A stretch of 64,000 bases of DNA, taken from an uncultured Planctomycetota bacterium. GTDB taxonomy: Bacteria > Planctomycetota > Planctomycetia > Pirellulales > Lacipirellulaceae. The translations under genes and the position numbers were made by a program. This document shows positions 49,868 to 59,982 of this stretch, in pieces. The stretch spans positions 1,632,001-1,696,000 of the forward strand of contig CAVRBU010000002.1 of the NCBI GenBank assembly GCA_963719315.1, written 5' to 3'. The notes beneath the pieces were generated by a model that was not told the origin of the DNA, did not search any database, and worked only from the letters and a program-made list of their open reading frames with translations. Positions within the stretch are counted from its first letter, which is position 1, and each line of letters opens with the position of its first letter.

Positions 49868-51208
49868 CTACGCTTCGTCGTAGGTGTAGGGCTTGCGCAT
49901 TTCGCGGGTGAGCATTTTTTCTGCTTCGGGGTCGTTCTTGAACTGTTCGGCCACGGGATCCCATTCGATTTTGCGGCCGAGGCGAATTGCCATGGTGCCC
50001 AGGTGGCAGAGCGAAGCGGAGCGATGGCCGATTTCGGCCGCGCAGATCGGGGCCTCTCGCGATTTGATGCATGCGAAGAAGTTGCCCATGTGGTCGTCGC
50101 TGGCGTAGAGACGGGTGGCGTTGGCGGGGAGGGGCTGTTCGATCAGGGTGGGGTCGCTGGCTTCGAGCGTGTCGCCGCGGGAGACGAAGATCCAGCCTGC
50201 GGGGCCTTCGAACTGCACGCCGTGATACTTCTCTCCCTCTTTCGGTTTGCCGACGATCGCGCCTGCCCAGCCGTTGGCGGAGGTCGTTACGCAATGATGC
50301 TCGACGCCATCGTCGTATACGAACTTCACGCGATATTGGCTGGGGGCCGTGTAGCCGCCGGGAATGGTTTTGATGAGCGGCTCGCCTTCGGCCGATATCG
50401 GGCCGCTGCCATCGCGACCGAGGCCCCAGAGGGCGATATCGTTGTGATGGGCACCCCAGTCGGTCATGGTGCCGCCGCTGTAATCCCACCAATAGCGGAA
50501 CATCCGATGGCATCTTTCGGGCACGTAGGCAACATCGGGCGTTTGACCCTGCCAGAAATCCCAGTTCAATTCTTTCGGAACCGGCTTGGTTGCGAACGGT
50601 CCGCCGCTGACGCCGGTGGGCACCCAAACGCGAACGCGCTCGACTTTGCCGATTCGGCCGTTGCGGACGAGTTCGCAGGCGAGGCGGAATGATTTGTCGC
50701 TCCGCTGTTGGCTGCCGGTTTGCAGGATGCGTCCAGACTTTTTGACGGCGGCGACGACGTGCTTGCCTTCGTCGATCGTGAGCGTGAGAGGCTTTTCGCT
50801 GTAGACATCTTTGCCGCTGCGGATCGCGCGGAGATTGACGAGCGTGTGCCAATGGTCTGGCGTGGCGTTGATGACGACATCGACGCCGGGCAGGTCGCAG
50901 ACTTCGCGGTAGTCGCTGAACTTATGGGCCTTGCGATATTTGGAGTGAATTTTATCGAGGTGGGACGCGTCGACGTTGCAGACGGCCACGATGTCGCCGA
51001 ACCTCGTTGCATTGGCGGCGTCGCCGGTGCCCATTCCGCCGCAACCGATCAGTGCAATTCGTGGTCGCTCGTTGGGCGATTTTTCGGCGACGGCAGCGGC
51101 CGGGCAACTTTCGAGATACCAACCTGGCAGCGATGCGGCGGCTGTGGCGGAGATACCCAGCTTGAGCGCATTGCGCCGGGTCCAAGGCCTGGTATCAGCG
51201 TGGTCCAT
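49868..51208 (-). CDS. Tat-exported Gfo/Idh/MocA oxidoreductase
   Basis: TRRNALK, IGCGGMG, ATPDHWH, GKDVYSEKP, QTGSQQRS, TDWGAHH.D. Confidence 0.95.
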   Translation of the reverse strand: MDHADTRPWTRRNALKLGISATAAASLPGWYLESCPAAAVAEKSPNERPRIALIGCGGMGTGDAANATRFGDIVAVCNVDASHLDKIHSKYRKAHKFSDYREVCDLPGVDVVINATPDHWHTLVNLRAIRSGKDVYSEKPLTLTIDEGKHVVAAVKKSGRILQTGSQQRSDKSFRLACELVRNGRIGKVERVRVWVPTGVSGGPFATKPVPKELNWDFWQGQTPDVAYVPERCHRMFRYWWDYSGGTMTDWGAHHNDIALWGLGRDGSGPISAEGEPLIKTIPGGYTAPSQYRVKFVYDDGVEHHCVTTSANGWAGAIVGKPKEGEKYHGVQFEGPAGWIFVSRGDTLEASDPTLIEQPLPANATRLYASDDHMGNFFACIKSREAPICAAEIGHRSASLCHLGTMAIRLGRKIEWDPVAEQFKNDPEAEKMLTREMRKPYTYDEA

Positions 51209-51324
51209 AGATTTTGCCTGCTTGCAGAGGATTGAAGATACGAATGCACTGCGACTGAAGCCGCATTTTACTCGCGGCTGGTGAGTCTCGCGAGCTAATT
51301 GGAGCGAGCGCCTGGGCCGGATTT

Positions 51325-51462
51325 GTAGGATGGGTCGAGTTGCGAGACCCACCACGAATCTCGCACGAGCGGTGGGTCTCGCGGACTCGACCCACCCTAC
51401 CACTGGAACGAATCGTAAGGTCGCAGAGCGGGTTGAGGTCCCGCTCGGCAAGCGGGATCTAC
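51325..51462. repeat. GTAG-capped REP doublet plus a second REP half
   Basis: GTAGGATGGGTCGAG...CTCGACCCACCCTAC; GGTCCCGCTCGGCAAGCGGGATCTAC. Confidence 0.8.
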
Positions 51463-51520
51463 TAGCGCCGGGGCATTATGGCCATACGAGGAGTTAACTC
51501 ACGACTTGTGCTGCAATGAA

Positions 51521-52465
51521 CTAGCGGCGGCGCCGCCGCGATACGGCAAGCCCGCAGAAACCCATAGCCAGCAAAAGCGATGTGGCGGGCTCAGGCACAC
51601 CTTTGACCGACATCGTGAAATCGTCGAGCGCCCACACCTTGTAGTTGCTCACACCAGGAGCGCTCAAGAAGCGCAGTTCCGCAAAGTCGTTCATCGCGTT
51701 GATCAGCGGAGCATTGACTACCAGCGGCGTGAGCGTTGCACTCTCGAAGACATCGATCGAGACGGTTTGCAGATTCAAATCGAGCATGATGTCCCAGCGG
51801 TGGTAAGTACTCGTGCCGACCGAAACGGCAGACTGGACCCAACTGCCGACGTTGGTGGCGGCGTAGTCGGTCGTCGTGCCCGGTTGAATGCCGCCGACCG
51901 CGAAACCGAGATTGCCGCTGCTGTCGTAGAACGAAATCGTGTTGGCGATGGTGCCCGGGCCGAGCCCACCGCCTTCACCGCTGCCGGGAATCCAAGAGCA
52001 CGACCAGAAGGAGATGTTGAGCATATCGCCGCCGGTGGTGGCGGGATTGACTCCGCCCAGGTCGTAGCTGTCGACGGTGTACGAGTACTCTTGTGAACCA
52101 GCCCCCCAGCCGTCGGAGTTGGTGGTGATCACCAGCGCCTGGTCGAGATTCGGGTAACCGGGGTTGGTACGGTCGTAGTACTGGTGACCGGTGGCGTAGG
52201 CCAAGTTGCCGGTGGCGCCGGTCGCGGGAACCAAGGGGCCTTGGAGTTTCTTCCAAAGTCCCGTATTCGGGGTGATCGCCGTGTACGCTCCGCCACCCGC
52301 GTTCGCCCCATATTGGCCGGCGTTGAAGGTGGCTACGTCGTTGAGGAACGAGGCGTAGCCATCGGCCGGCTCGAAGCCGCCCAAGTATGCGTAAGCGTTG
52401 CCAACGAAAGTCAGGGAAAGGGCTAGGACGAACAGAACTGAGAAGAATAGTGCATGAGCTTTCAT
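51521..52465 (-). CDS. PEP-CTERM sorting-domain protein
   Basis: Signal peptide; VPEPATSLLLAMGFCGLAVSRRRRR. Confidence 0.93.
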   Translation of the reverse strand: MKAHALFFSVLFVLALSLTFVGNAYAYLGGFEPADGYASFLNDVATFNAGQYGANAGGGAYTAITPNTGLWKKLQGPLVPATGATGNLAYATGHQYYDRTNPGYPNLDQALVITTNSDGWGAGSQEYSYTVDSYDLGGVNPATTGGDMLNISFWSCSWIPGSGEGGGLGPGTIANTISFYDSSGNLGFAVGGIQPGTTTDYAATNVGSWVQSAVSVGTSTYHRWDIMLDLNLQTVSIDVFESATLTPLVVNAPLINAMNDFAELRFLSAPGVSNYKVWALDDFTMSVKGVPEPATSLLLAMGFCGLAVSRRRRR

Positions 52466-52599
52466 GAGCCGAACCTTTCAAGATGTAAAGTGGTGATCAA
52501 GTGGTATTTCGGAGTCAGCGATGGTCCATCTCTCTTCGGGCATGTTGGTGAGGAGGACCATTCGTAGCAAGAATTCGCAATGGGACCTTTTTCAGGCGA

Positions 52600-53706
52600 T
52601 CACTTTCTTCGCCGCCGAGTTAACCAGGCGGTGGAAACGGCGGTCGCCAGGAGCAGGATCGAGGAAGGCTCGGGGACGTTGGGGACGCGGAACCGGAAGT
52701 CGTCGAAGAAGTTCTTGCCGCCGGTGCCGCCGAGTACCTGGTCGGTGAGCCACCAGCGGAGGTGCGAGAGATTCGTCATCGCCGCACCGAGGGGCGCGCC
52801 GGCGGGGACGATCGTCGTCGTGATGTTGGGGACGATCTGGTGGTAACTGATGCCGAACGTGTCGGCGCCAAGATCGATGCTGACGGAGAATTGATCCCAG
52901 TTCGTGGAATCGGCGATGATCCCGGGGTAGGTCCACGCGCCCGAGCTGCCGGCGCGCCAGTAGATGCTGTTGTCGCCGGCGTAGCCGATTTGCAGGCCGA
53001 TGTTAGTGCCGTCGCTGAAGGACATGATGAACTTATCGCGGGGAGAAGGACTGGGCGGATCGGACGGGTTGGGGCAGAAGCGGAAGGCGGTGGTTACGAC
53101 GCCGCTGGTGATCGAGGCGGGCGCCGGGCCGCCGAAGTCGTAGGTGTCGAGCAAGTAGTCATATTCCATCGGGCCGCCGATCGGAGGTCCAAACAGCGGA
53201 GTTTCGTTGCGGAGGGCAAGCGCGTAGGGGCTGAGGTACCCAGGGCTGTGGTGACCGACGATATAGGCCGGGACATCGTCGCCGGAGCCAAACGTAGGAT
53301 AGGGTCCGTAAGGTGGCGCACCGCCGGTGTAGGTGCTGCGTGTCGCGCTATTGCGAAAGTATGCGCCCGCTTGTGTCTGCAACGACCATAAACCGAAGTC
53401 CGGAGCTATGCTTGCCACTCCGCCGCCACCGGCGTTTGCGCCAAATTGTCCGGCGTTGTAATACGTGACATCGGCGTAGAGCGATGGCGGATTCGAACCT
53501 TGAGGGATAGCGCTGAGCGTGTAGCCATCCGCTGGTTCAAAACCGCCGAGATACGCTTGGGCAGGCGCGGCGATCCAAAGCGATGACGCGACTGCGGCGA
53601 GAATCGCCGTTAAGTCTTGCAGCATGGTGCGAATGTTTCTGGGGCGTTGCCCCAGGGGCCTGTGTGAGCGGGAAGAAGATCGGAAATTCATCAATTGTGC
53701 AAACAT
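52600..53706 (-). CDS. PEP-CTERM sorting-domain protein, paralog of 51521-52465
   Basis: AAGGAG RBS; YLGGFEPADGY, YNAGQFGANAGGG, D.YD.GG shared with the paralog; VPEPSSILLL...RRRRK. Confidence 0.92.
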   Translation of the reverse strand: MFAQLMNFRSSSRSHRPLGQRPRNIRTMLQDLTAILAAVASSLWIAAPAQAYLGGFEPADGYTLSAIPQGSNPPSLYADVTYYNAGQFGANAGGGGVASIAPDFGLWSLQTQAGAYFRNSATRSTYTGGAPPYGPYPTFGSGDDVPAYIVGHHSPGYLSPYALALRNETPLFGPPIGGPMEYDYLLDTYDFGGPAPASITSGVVTTAFRFCPNPSDPPSPSPRDKFIMSFSDGTNIGLQIGYAGDNSIYWRAGSSGAWTYPGIIADSTNWDQFSVSIDLGADTFGISYHQIVPNITTTIVPAGAPLGAAMTNLSHLRWWLTDQVLGGTGGKNFFDDFRFRVPNVPEPSSILLLATAVSTAWLTRRRRK

Positions 53707-54496
53707 GAGCTAGCTCCTTTTTCGGGGAAATGGAACGGTGAAAAACGGAACTGCAGCAGATGCTCGCGTGGGCTTGAGGGCCGTGCACATTCAACAGTCG
53801 CTAAGCCGCAAGCGGCAAATGCAACGAATGATGCGTCGGCAGACTGGGGAATTAACCCAGGCGAGAAGTCGGCTGCAGAGTACTTCGGATGTCAGAGTTG
53901 CGTCGTTACTGAAGCGAAATCAGTTGCCGCGACGCAAATTCGAAGTCATTCAATACTGAAAGCAGCCGTTGGAAATACCAGGAAAAATGCAGCCGACCGC
54001 GGAGCGGTGGACACGCTATGCGACATACTAACGCGGCTAATTGGTGATTGCAAGCAATTTCCGGAAAGATTTTTTTGGAAGAATGTTAGCGGTGGATTTG
54101 TTGGCACCGAGGGGGTTTTCGAGGTGGGCGGGCCGCAGGTGTGACGCGATGAGAGCATTGCCGGGCCAGCCAGCAATGGCACGAGCCGTCGCGCAATGCG
54201 GTGCTATCTCGGCCTGAAAGAAGCACTGCATGCAGGCATTTCGGGCCGAAAGTGTGGGGCGGGGCGTTAAACGGGCCAGAATCGTCAAAGTTTAACGATT
54301 GGGCCGACGATATCAGTTTTGCTGATTGCTTGGACTCCGGGCTCGCCGTGCGCGGTGGGTTTCGGTCGAGCGACGGCCCGGGGGGAAACGGGTCGAAGTG
54401 CGGTTCGCGATCTGCTTCGCGATCCGCCACCCATCGAGCCTTGCAAGGGTGCGGGCGCGAGGGGGTACGTTCGCCGCTAGGTCAGGAAGCAACAGC

Positions 54497-56833
54497 ATGA
54501 ACCGGCACACTCGCAAATACTGGTCGCTGGCGCTGATTGCGTCGATGCTCGCCTCTGGGTGCGCTCCGCAACAGCCCTTCTATGCCCGCGAAGACGGAGA
54601 CTTATCCCATTACTTGGGCGTCGCGACGCAGATCGAGTATCCGGACACGGCAGAATCGCCGACGTGCGAGGTGACGAACACGTTGCCGCCGTTGACGCTC
54701 AAGAACGCCGACAATTACGAAATCTGGGACCTGTCGCTCAACGAGGCGGTGCAGATCACCTTGTGCCGCAGCCAGGTGATGCGGCAATTGGGCGGGCGGG
54801 TTGTTTCGACCGCGCCGGAAACAATTTCGCGGACGATCGTCAGCCCCGTGGCCGTGACGACCACGTATGACGCGGCCCTCGTGGAAACGACGACCGGTCT
54901 GTCCGTGGGCGATCCGTTCAATGGCTCGGGCACCGAAGCAGCACTCAGCGAATTCGACGCACAGCTCGATGCGAGCGTATTCTGGGAAAAGAATCGCGAG
55001 CCGCAAAATCGGGCGCCGAGCGTGGGAAATTTATTCCCGCAGATCCTCTCTCAGGACCTGGGCACGGGGACGATTGGTATCACGAAAACGTCGGCCGAAG
55101 GTACGACCTGGGCCATTCGTAACAACACCAACTACCAGGCGAACAACGTACCATCGCTGTTCCCAGGTCCGGCACCGGGTGGGGCAAGCCAGTTATTCGC
55201 GTCGAGTTGGCAAACGAACGTTGAAGCAACTTTCAGTCATCCCTTCTTTCAAGGCAGCGGGACCCAATACAACCGGATCGCAGGCCCGATCTCATTTGAC
55301 CAGTACGCGGCCGGCCTGGGCAACCCGATCGACGGCGTAATGATCGCCCGCATTCGCACGGACGAAACACTCACCGATTTCGAAGGCGGCGTGCGGAACT
55401 TGATGCACGACGTGGAAGACGCCTATTGGGAGCTGTACTTCGCGTATCGCGATTTGGAAGCTCGCAAGATGGGTCGCGACAGCGCGCTGGAAACGTGGAA
55501 AAAAACGGTTGCGCTGTATCGCACGGGTTCGCGTGGCGGCGGCGCCGACAAGGAAGCCCAGGCCCGCTCGCAATACTTCTTGTTTCGCTCGCAGGTCGAG
55601 CAGGCGCTCACCGAAGTGTTCCGCGACGAGAACCGGCTGCGGTATATCATGGGCTTGTCGATGTCGGACGGGAAGCTGATTCGGCCGAGCGACGAGCCGA
55701 CGACGGCCCGCGTAGCGTTCGATTGGGCCGGCATTCATTGCGAAGCGCTTACGCGACGGGTGGAAATTCGCCGCGAGAAGTGGGAAATCAAACGACGTGA
55801 ATTGGAATTGATCGCCGCCCGGAATTTCCTGTTGCCGCGTATCGACGCCGTCGGCCGCTATCGCTGGCTGGGGTTGGGCGACGAGTTGATCAATCAGAAT
55901 CACAAGGATTTCACCGAGCAGAACTCCTCGGCGTTCGGCGTGCTCTCCAGCGGTGAGTTTCAGGAGTGGCAGCTCGGGTTGCAGGCGTCGATTCCGATCG
56001 GCTTCCGGCGCGAGCTCTCCGGGGTGCGGCATCATGAATTGCTGTTGGCCCGCGAACGAGCGTTGCTGCAAGATTTGGAACTCGAAATCTCGCACCAGTT
56101 GGGCGACGCCATTCGCGATACGGATCTGAATTTCGGGCTAACGCAAACGAACTTCAACCGTCGCGTGGCCTCGGAGGCCGAAGTGCAAGCGGTCGATGCC
56201 TCCTACCAGAACAACCGTGTGACTCTCGACTTGTTGCTCGATGCCCAGCGACGGCGGAGCGAGGCGGAGAGTGCGTACTATCGGTCGCTGGTCGATTACA
56301 ACCGGTCGATCATGAACGTCCACTATCGCAAGGGTTCGCTGCTCGATTACGACGGCGTGTATCTGGCGGAAGGCGAGTGGCCGGCGAAGGCGTACTTCGA
56401 CGCGCTGCGTCAAGCACGCAAACGGGATGCTGGCTTATACATGGATTACGGCTACACGCGGCCGAACGTCGTGAGCCGTGGGCCGGTGGAGCAAGGTTGT
56501 TCGCCGGGCTGCGAGTCGAGCGGGCCGCAGATGAGCACACCGGGTTCGTCGCCCAATCAGATGATGCCTGAAGGCGGCATGCCGGAGGAGTCACTACCGG
56601 CGCCAGGCGCGAAGCCGATGGGCAGCACGCCGCCGGCGAACACGAGCGGCAGCGTGTGGCGAGAGTTCGGCGACAGGCGGGCGTCTTACGCGCCGGCTCA
56701 AGCCGTAAAAAATTCTGGATTGTGGGCAGGGGCAGAGCTCGGCGAGTTAGGCGAAAGCTGGTGGCGTCGGCTGCCGAACGATCTTTTGCGGTCTGGAAGT
56801 TTCGGGCGAATCCAACGTTCCGCTAGTGCTTGA
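54497..56833 (+). CDS. TolC-family outer membrane protein (lipoprotein; 3' end possibly frameshifted)
   Basis: LASGC lipobox, LSLNEAV, VEDAYWELY, LLPRIDA, LDLLLDAQRR..EAE..Y...L.DYN. Confidence 0.88.
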   Translation: MNRHTRKYWSLALIASMLASGCAPQQPFYAREDGDLSHYLGVATQIEYPDTAESPTCEVTNTLPPLTLKNADNYEIWDLSLNEAVQITLCRSQVMRQLGGRVVSTAPETISRTIVSPVAVTTTYDAALVETTTGLSVGDPFNGSGTEAALSEFDAQLDASVFWEKNREPQNRAPSVGNLFPQILSQDLGTGTIGITKTSAEGTTWAIRNNTNYQANNVPSLFPGPAPGGASQLFASSWQTNVEATFSHPFFQGSGTQYNRIAGPISFDQYAAGLGNPIDGVMIARIRTDETLTDFEGGVRNLMHDVEDAYWELYFAYRDLEARKMGRDSALETWKKTVALYRTGSRGGGADKEAQARSQYFLFRSQVEQALTEVFRDENRLRYIMGLSMSDGKLIRPSDEPTTARVAFDWAGIHCEALTRRVEIRREKWEIKRRELELIAARNFLLPRIDAVGRYRWLGLGDELINQNHKDFTEQNSSAFGVLSSGEFQEWQLGLQASIPIGFRRELSGVRHHELLLARERALLQDLELEISHQLGDAIRDTDLNFGLTQTNFNRRVASEAEVQAVDASYQNNRVTLDLLLDAQRRRSEAESAYYRSLVDYNRSIMNVHYRKGSLLDYDGVYLAEGEWPAKAYFDALRQARKRDAGLYMDYGYTRPNVVSRGPVEQGCSPGCESSGPQMSTPGSSPNQMMPEGGMPEESLPAPGAKPMGSTPPANTSGSVWREFGDRRASYAPAQAVKNSGLWAGAELGELGESWWRRLPNDLLRSGSFGRIQRSASA

Positions 56834-57199
56834 TTTTCGGATCAGCCCCAATCTTTCGCTTTCACAGAGCAGCCAGGCTTTCGCAGTGCGCTGAAGAGCA
56901 GGCTCTTTTGACGCGCGTTCTATCGGCCGCTGAGGGCCGGATTTCTCTCCCCTGCCGGGTGGCATTCCCTCGCCGCGGCGCAGGCATGATTCCGCCCGAG
57001 GCACGCTCACCGCCGTGGCGGGAAAGCATGCTGCGCATCCATTCAGCGTGGCGCCACCCGAAAAGCTTGAGAATTACCCATCGTAATGGATTACCAATAA
57101 TTTGACTGCTGAGCGGAATACGGTTATTTTGAACAGTCTGGAATGATTGTTGTTTTGGATAGGTTGGAAGGTGGCTTTGAAACAAGCGAGGGTGGTGGT

Positions 57200-58555
57200 A
57201 TGAAGCGCAACTTGACGACGGTCGTGATTGCAAGCTGGATCATCGGCGGGATTCTGTGCCCTCGGCTCGTCGCACTCGACACCGTGACTTGGAGCGGCGG
57301 CGACGGCCGGTGGGAACAAGCGAAATGGACGAAGAACGGCATACCCAATCAAACCGCTGCGTCCACGATGGGTGACAATACCGGCGGTCGAGGCGGTTTG
57401 GATATCGTCATTGGCGGCGGCGCCCAAGTGGAGTTCGACCATAATGGCGGTAGCACCGTTCTCGGAGACTACAACAAGAATAGTGTCGTAGACGCGGCCG
57501 ACTATGTGCTGTGGCGCAAGGGTGGGCCGCTCGAAAATGATCCGACGACTGGGGTGCAACCGGCTGATTACGATTACTGGCGTTCCCGCTTCGGCATCGC
57601 GGGCTTGGGCGATTTCAAACCGCGGATGGATATCACGCCGGGCGGCAGCTTGACGATCAAGGAAGGCGCCGTATTGACCATGGACTCGCATAGCGACACC
57701 GACGGCCGCTGGGCGCGAATCGGTCTCAGCATGACGATCGATAACGGAACCTGGCGACGCACGTTTTCCGCGCCTTCTGAAAACGCCGGCAGAATCATGT
57801 TCGGCTACTCTAAGGAGCTTTTGCCAAACCAACACATTGATATCAATATCATCAACGGCGGGCGCATCGAAAGTGCTTCCAAGATGGTCTTCGGGGAGGT
57901 CGATTATTTTATTGGCCAAGGCGGTTCCAACAATGGCCACACCGACGGCATCGAAGTCGCCATGACGATCGATGGCGGTACGATCGATCTGACCGACAGT
58001 TATGTTTTGGACTACCCTTTTGGCCTAATCCCCGGCGACCTGGTTTTTGGGTACGAGTATAATCAAGCCGGCTACGATGATAACGGCAACCCGGATCCCG
58101 GAGACCCCGGACATCCCAGGAACGAAAAGTACTCGATCAACTTTACCGGCCCCGGCTCAATTACCGTCAACCCCCAGGATCTTGATCCCGATCCGGATTT
58201 CTACAGTTGGAAGGGCGGCATCAACGTTGTCCAACAACAGTCCGACGGCTCTTACATAGCACTTGGGGGTGCTCCGGATTTATTCACTCCGATCGGCTTC
58301 GAGGATCTCTGGGACCTGGGCATTCTCCAGGCCAACGGCCAGAGTGGTCCCGATTTGGGTTCAGCCGCATTTAGCACCTATTTCTCGACCACGGGTACGA
58401 AGTTTGCCGGACCCTATACGCTCAATTCGTTGATTCCGGCCGGCAGCGGCGCGGGGCTCGGCGGCAACGCTGTCCCGGAACCGGCGGGCCTGATGCTGGT
58501 CATGGTGGGATTTCTTAGCCTTGCGGTTGGCCGTCGCAAGCGGTCAATCCAGTAG
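57200..58555 (+). CDS. PEP-CTERM protein with internal dockerin-like motif
   Basis: Signal peptide, GDYNKNSVVDAADYVLWRKGG...ADYDYWRSRFG, C-terminal GSGAGLGGNAVPEPAGL...RRKR. Confidence 0.9.
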   Translation: MKRNLTTVVIASWIIGGILCPRLVALDTVTWSGGDGRWEQAKWTKNGIPNQTAASTMGDNTGGRGGLDIVIGGGAQVEFDHNGGSTVLGDYNKNSVVDAADYVLWRKGGPLENDPTTGVQPADYDYWRSRFGIAGLGDFKPRMDITPGGSLTIKEGAVLTMDSHSDTDGRWARIGLSMTIDNGTWRRTFSAPSENAGRIMFGYSKELLPNQHIDINIINGGRIESASKMVFGEVDYFIGQGGSNNGHTDGIEVAMTIDGGTIDLTDSYVLDYPFGLIPGDLVFGYEYNQAGYDDNGNPDPGDPGHPRNEKYSINFTGPGSITVNPQDLDPDPDFYSWKGGINVVQQQSDGSYIALGGAPDLFTPIGFEDLWDLGILQANGQSGPDLGSAAFSTYFSTTGTKFAGPYTLNSLIPAGSGAGLGGNAVPEPAGLMLVMVGFLSLAVGRRKRSIQ

Positions 58556-58643
58556 TTGTCAATGGGATTCGCGACTTGCTTCCTGCGCACGGCCGGTCTT
58601 GAATGTCATTCTGGAAGTGTTTGCAAAAAACGCAGTCTTTTTC

Positions 58644-58671
58644 TTGACAGTCCATGCCCGTCTGTTAGGAT
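58644..58671 (+). promoter_or_regulatory. Candidate sigma70 promoter
   Basis: TTGACA-16 nt-TAGGAT with TGn extension, preceded by A/T tracts. Confidence 0.5.
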
Positions 58672-58795
58672 GAACGGCATCGGCCGGCGGTGACTTCGTT
58701 CATGTCTGCCCGGCCTCACCGAACGAGCCGGTGGTTCGATTGATTGCCGTCGACTGATCAGACAGTACGATTATTACTTTTTTGGAGGTCGTCTA

Positions 58796-59689
58796 ATGAA
58801 GTGCATCATGAGAGTTGCATCTTGCAGCATCGCGCTAGTGGCTTTCGCAGTCTTTTCGATTCGCGACGCAGCCGCGACTCAAATCACACTGAATTTCGTC
58901 CAATCATCAAGTGCCTTGACCTGGGGTGGTTTCTTCGGCGGCCAGCCGTTCATTCCCCAGACGACTGCACCGGCAGGCACAGTGGACTATAATCTGGCCC
59001 TCCCATCAAACACGACGACCCATCAGGGTACGATTACGGTAGACGTCGATAATTTGCTGTCGCCAGCCAGCATTCAGATACTCTCCTCGAACGCCGACTC
59101 CGATCTTAGCGGCAAGTGGCTTCCCACCCCACAGAATTATTTGGATGTAGATGGTGATGGCAATTTCGGAGAGTTTCCCGACGACGCGGAATCTTCTGTC
59201 GGCACAGTGCCAGGGCCGCCTGCCGATGCCGATTTCGCTATTCGGATTAATCCCGGGGTAAACGTCGCCTATGCGGCGCTGCGAGACATTGCGTTCAACA
59301 TCACCACGCTTCCTGGCGTGCCCGTCAATGGGCTGGGAGAATTCAGTTCCACAACGGAAAACTTCGATCTCACCAGTGGATGGTGGGACTATTGGTTGCA
59401 TCCGACCTTTGCCAATCCAAAGATCCGTCAGAGACTCCAGGTGGCCGGCGACGACGAAAACAATAGTTCAGCGACTCCTTCAACGTATGTGGCGGTACCG
59501 CTGGGTGGAAGCACTTACCAAATCACGCTTACCATTCCCGTTAACCTTCAATACCCGGACGACACCGCGCCAACTTTCTACACCGGTACACTTGTGGCGA
59601 CGCTCACCATTCCCGAGCCGGCCAGCTTCGTGCTGCTCGGGCTGGGCGGCATGTTGGTGAGCCTCGTTGGGGTTCGTCGTCGCGCATAG
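58796..59689 (+). CDS. PEP-CTERM sorting-domain protein
   Basis: GGAGG RBS, signal peptide, IPEPASFVLLGLGGMLVSLVGVRRRA. Confidence 0.92.
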   Translation: MKCIMRVASCSIALVAFAVFSIRDAAATQITLNFVQSSSALTWGGFFGGQPFIPQTTAPAGTVDYNLALPSNTTTHQGTITVDVDNLLSPASIQILSSNADSDLSGKWLPTPQNYLDVDGDGNFGEFPDDAESSVGTVPGPPADADFAIRINPGVNVAYAALRDIAFNITTLPGVPVNGLGEFSSTTENFDLTSGWWDYWLHPTFANPKIRQRLQVAGDDENNSSATPSTYVAVPLGGSTYQITLTIPVNLQYPDDTAPTFYTGTLVATLTIPEPASFVLLGLGGMLVSLVGVRRRA

Positions 59690-59982
59690 ACGCCCGTCGA
59701 CTACAGTTCGGAATGACTAGATTTCGTGGGAGCCGCTGGTAGCGTGAGGTCACGCCGCTAGCGGCTCGCTGTATGCGCCGGCGGCGCCTCGCGACCCACG
59801 GTTCGCGACACGATTGTGGGTAGCCTCGGCCCAATCCCGTTGGGATTGCACCATTCGGCCCAGCGGCATCGCTCAATCCCGTTGGGAATCGCGCGAGTGA
59901 TTCGGGCCCAAGGCACGCTGGTGGTCCTGCTCCACAAGCCGCCAGAACGTCTGCCCGACCGATGCTGGATCGCTGCCGCGAC

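Noticed and set aside
51521..53706. Diversity-generating retroelement TR/VR pair
   Set aside because: The paralogs are broadly diverged, not adenine-specific, and no reverse transcriptase is present.
53707..54496. c-di-GMP or other riboswitch upstream of the PEP-CTERM/TolC genes
   Set aside because: No GGCAAA...GACGCAAA-type core or other recognisable aptamer found.
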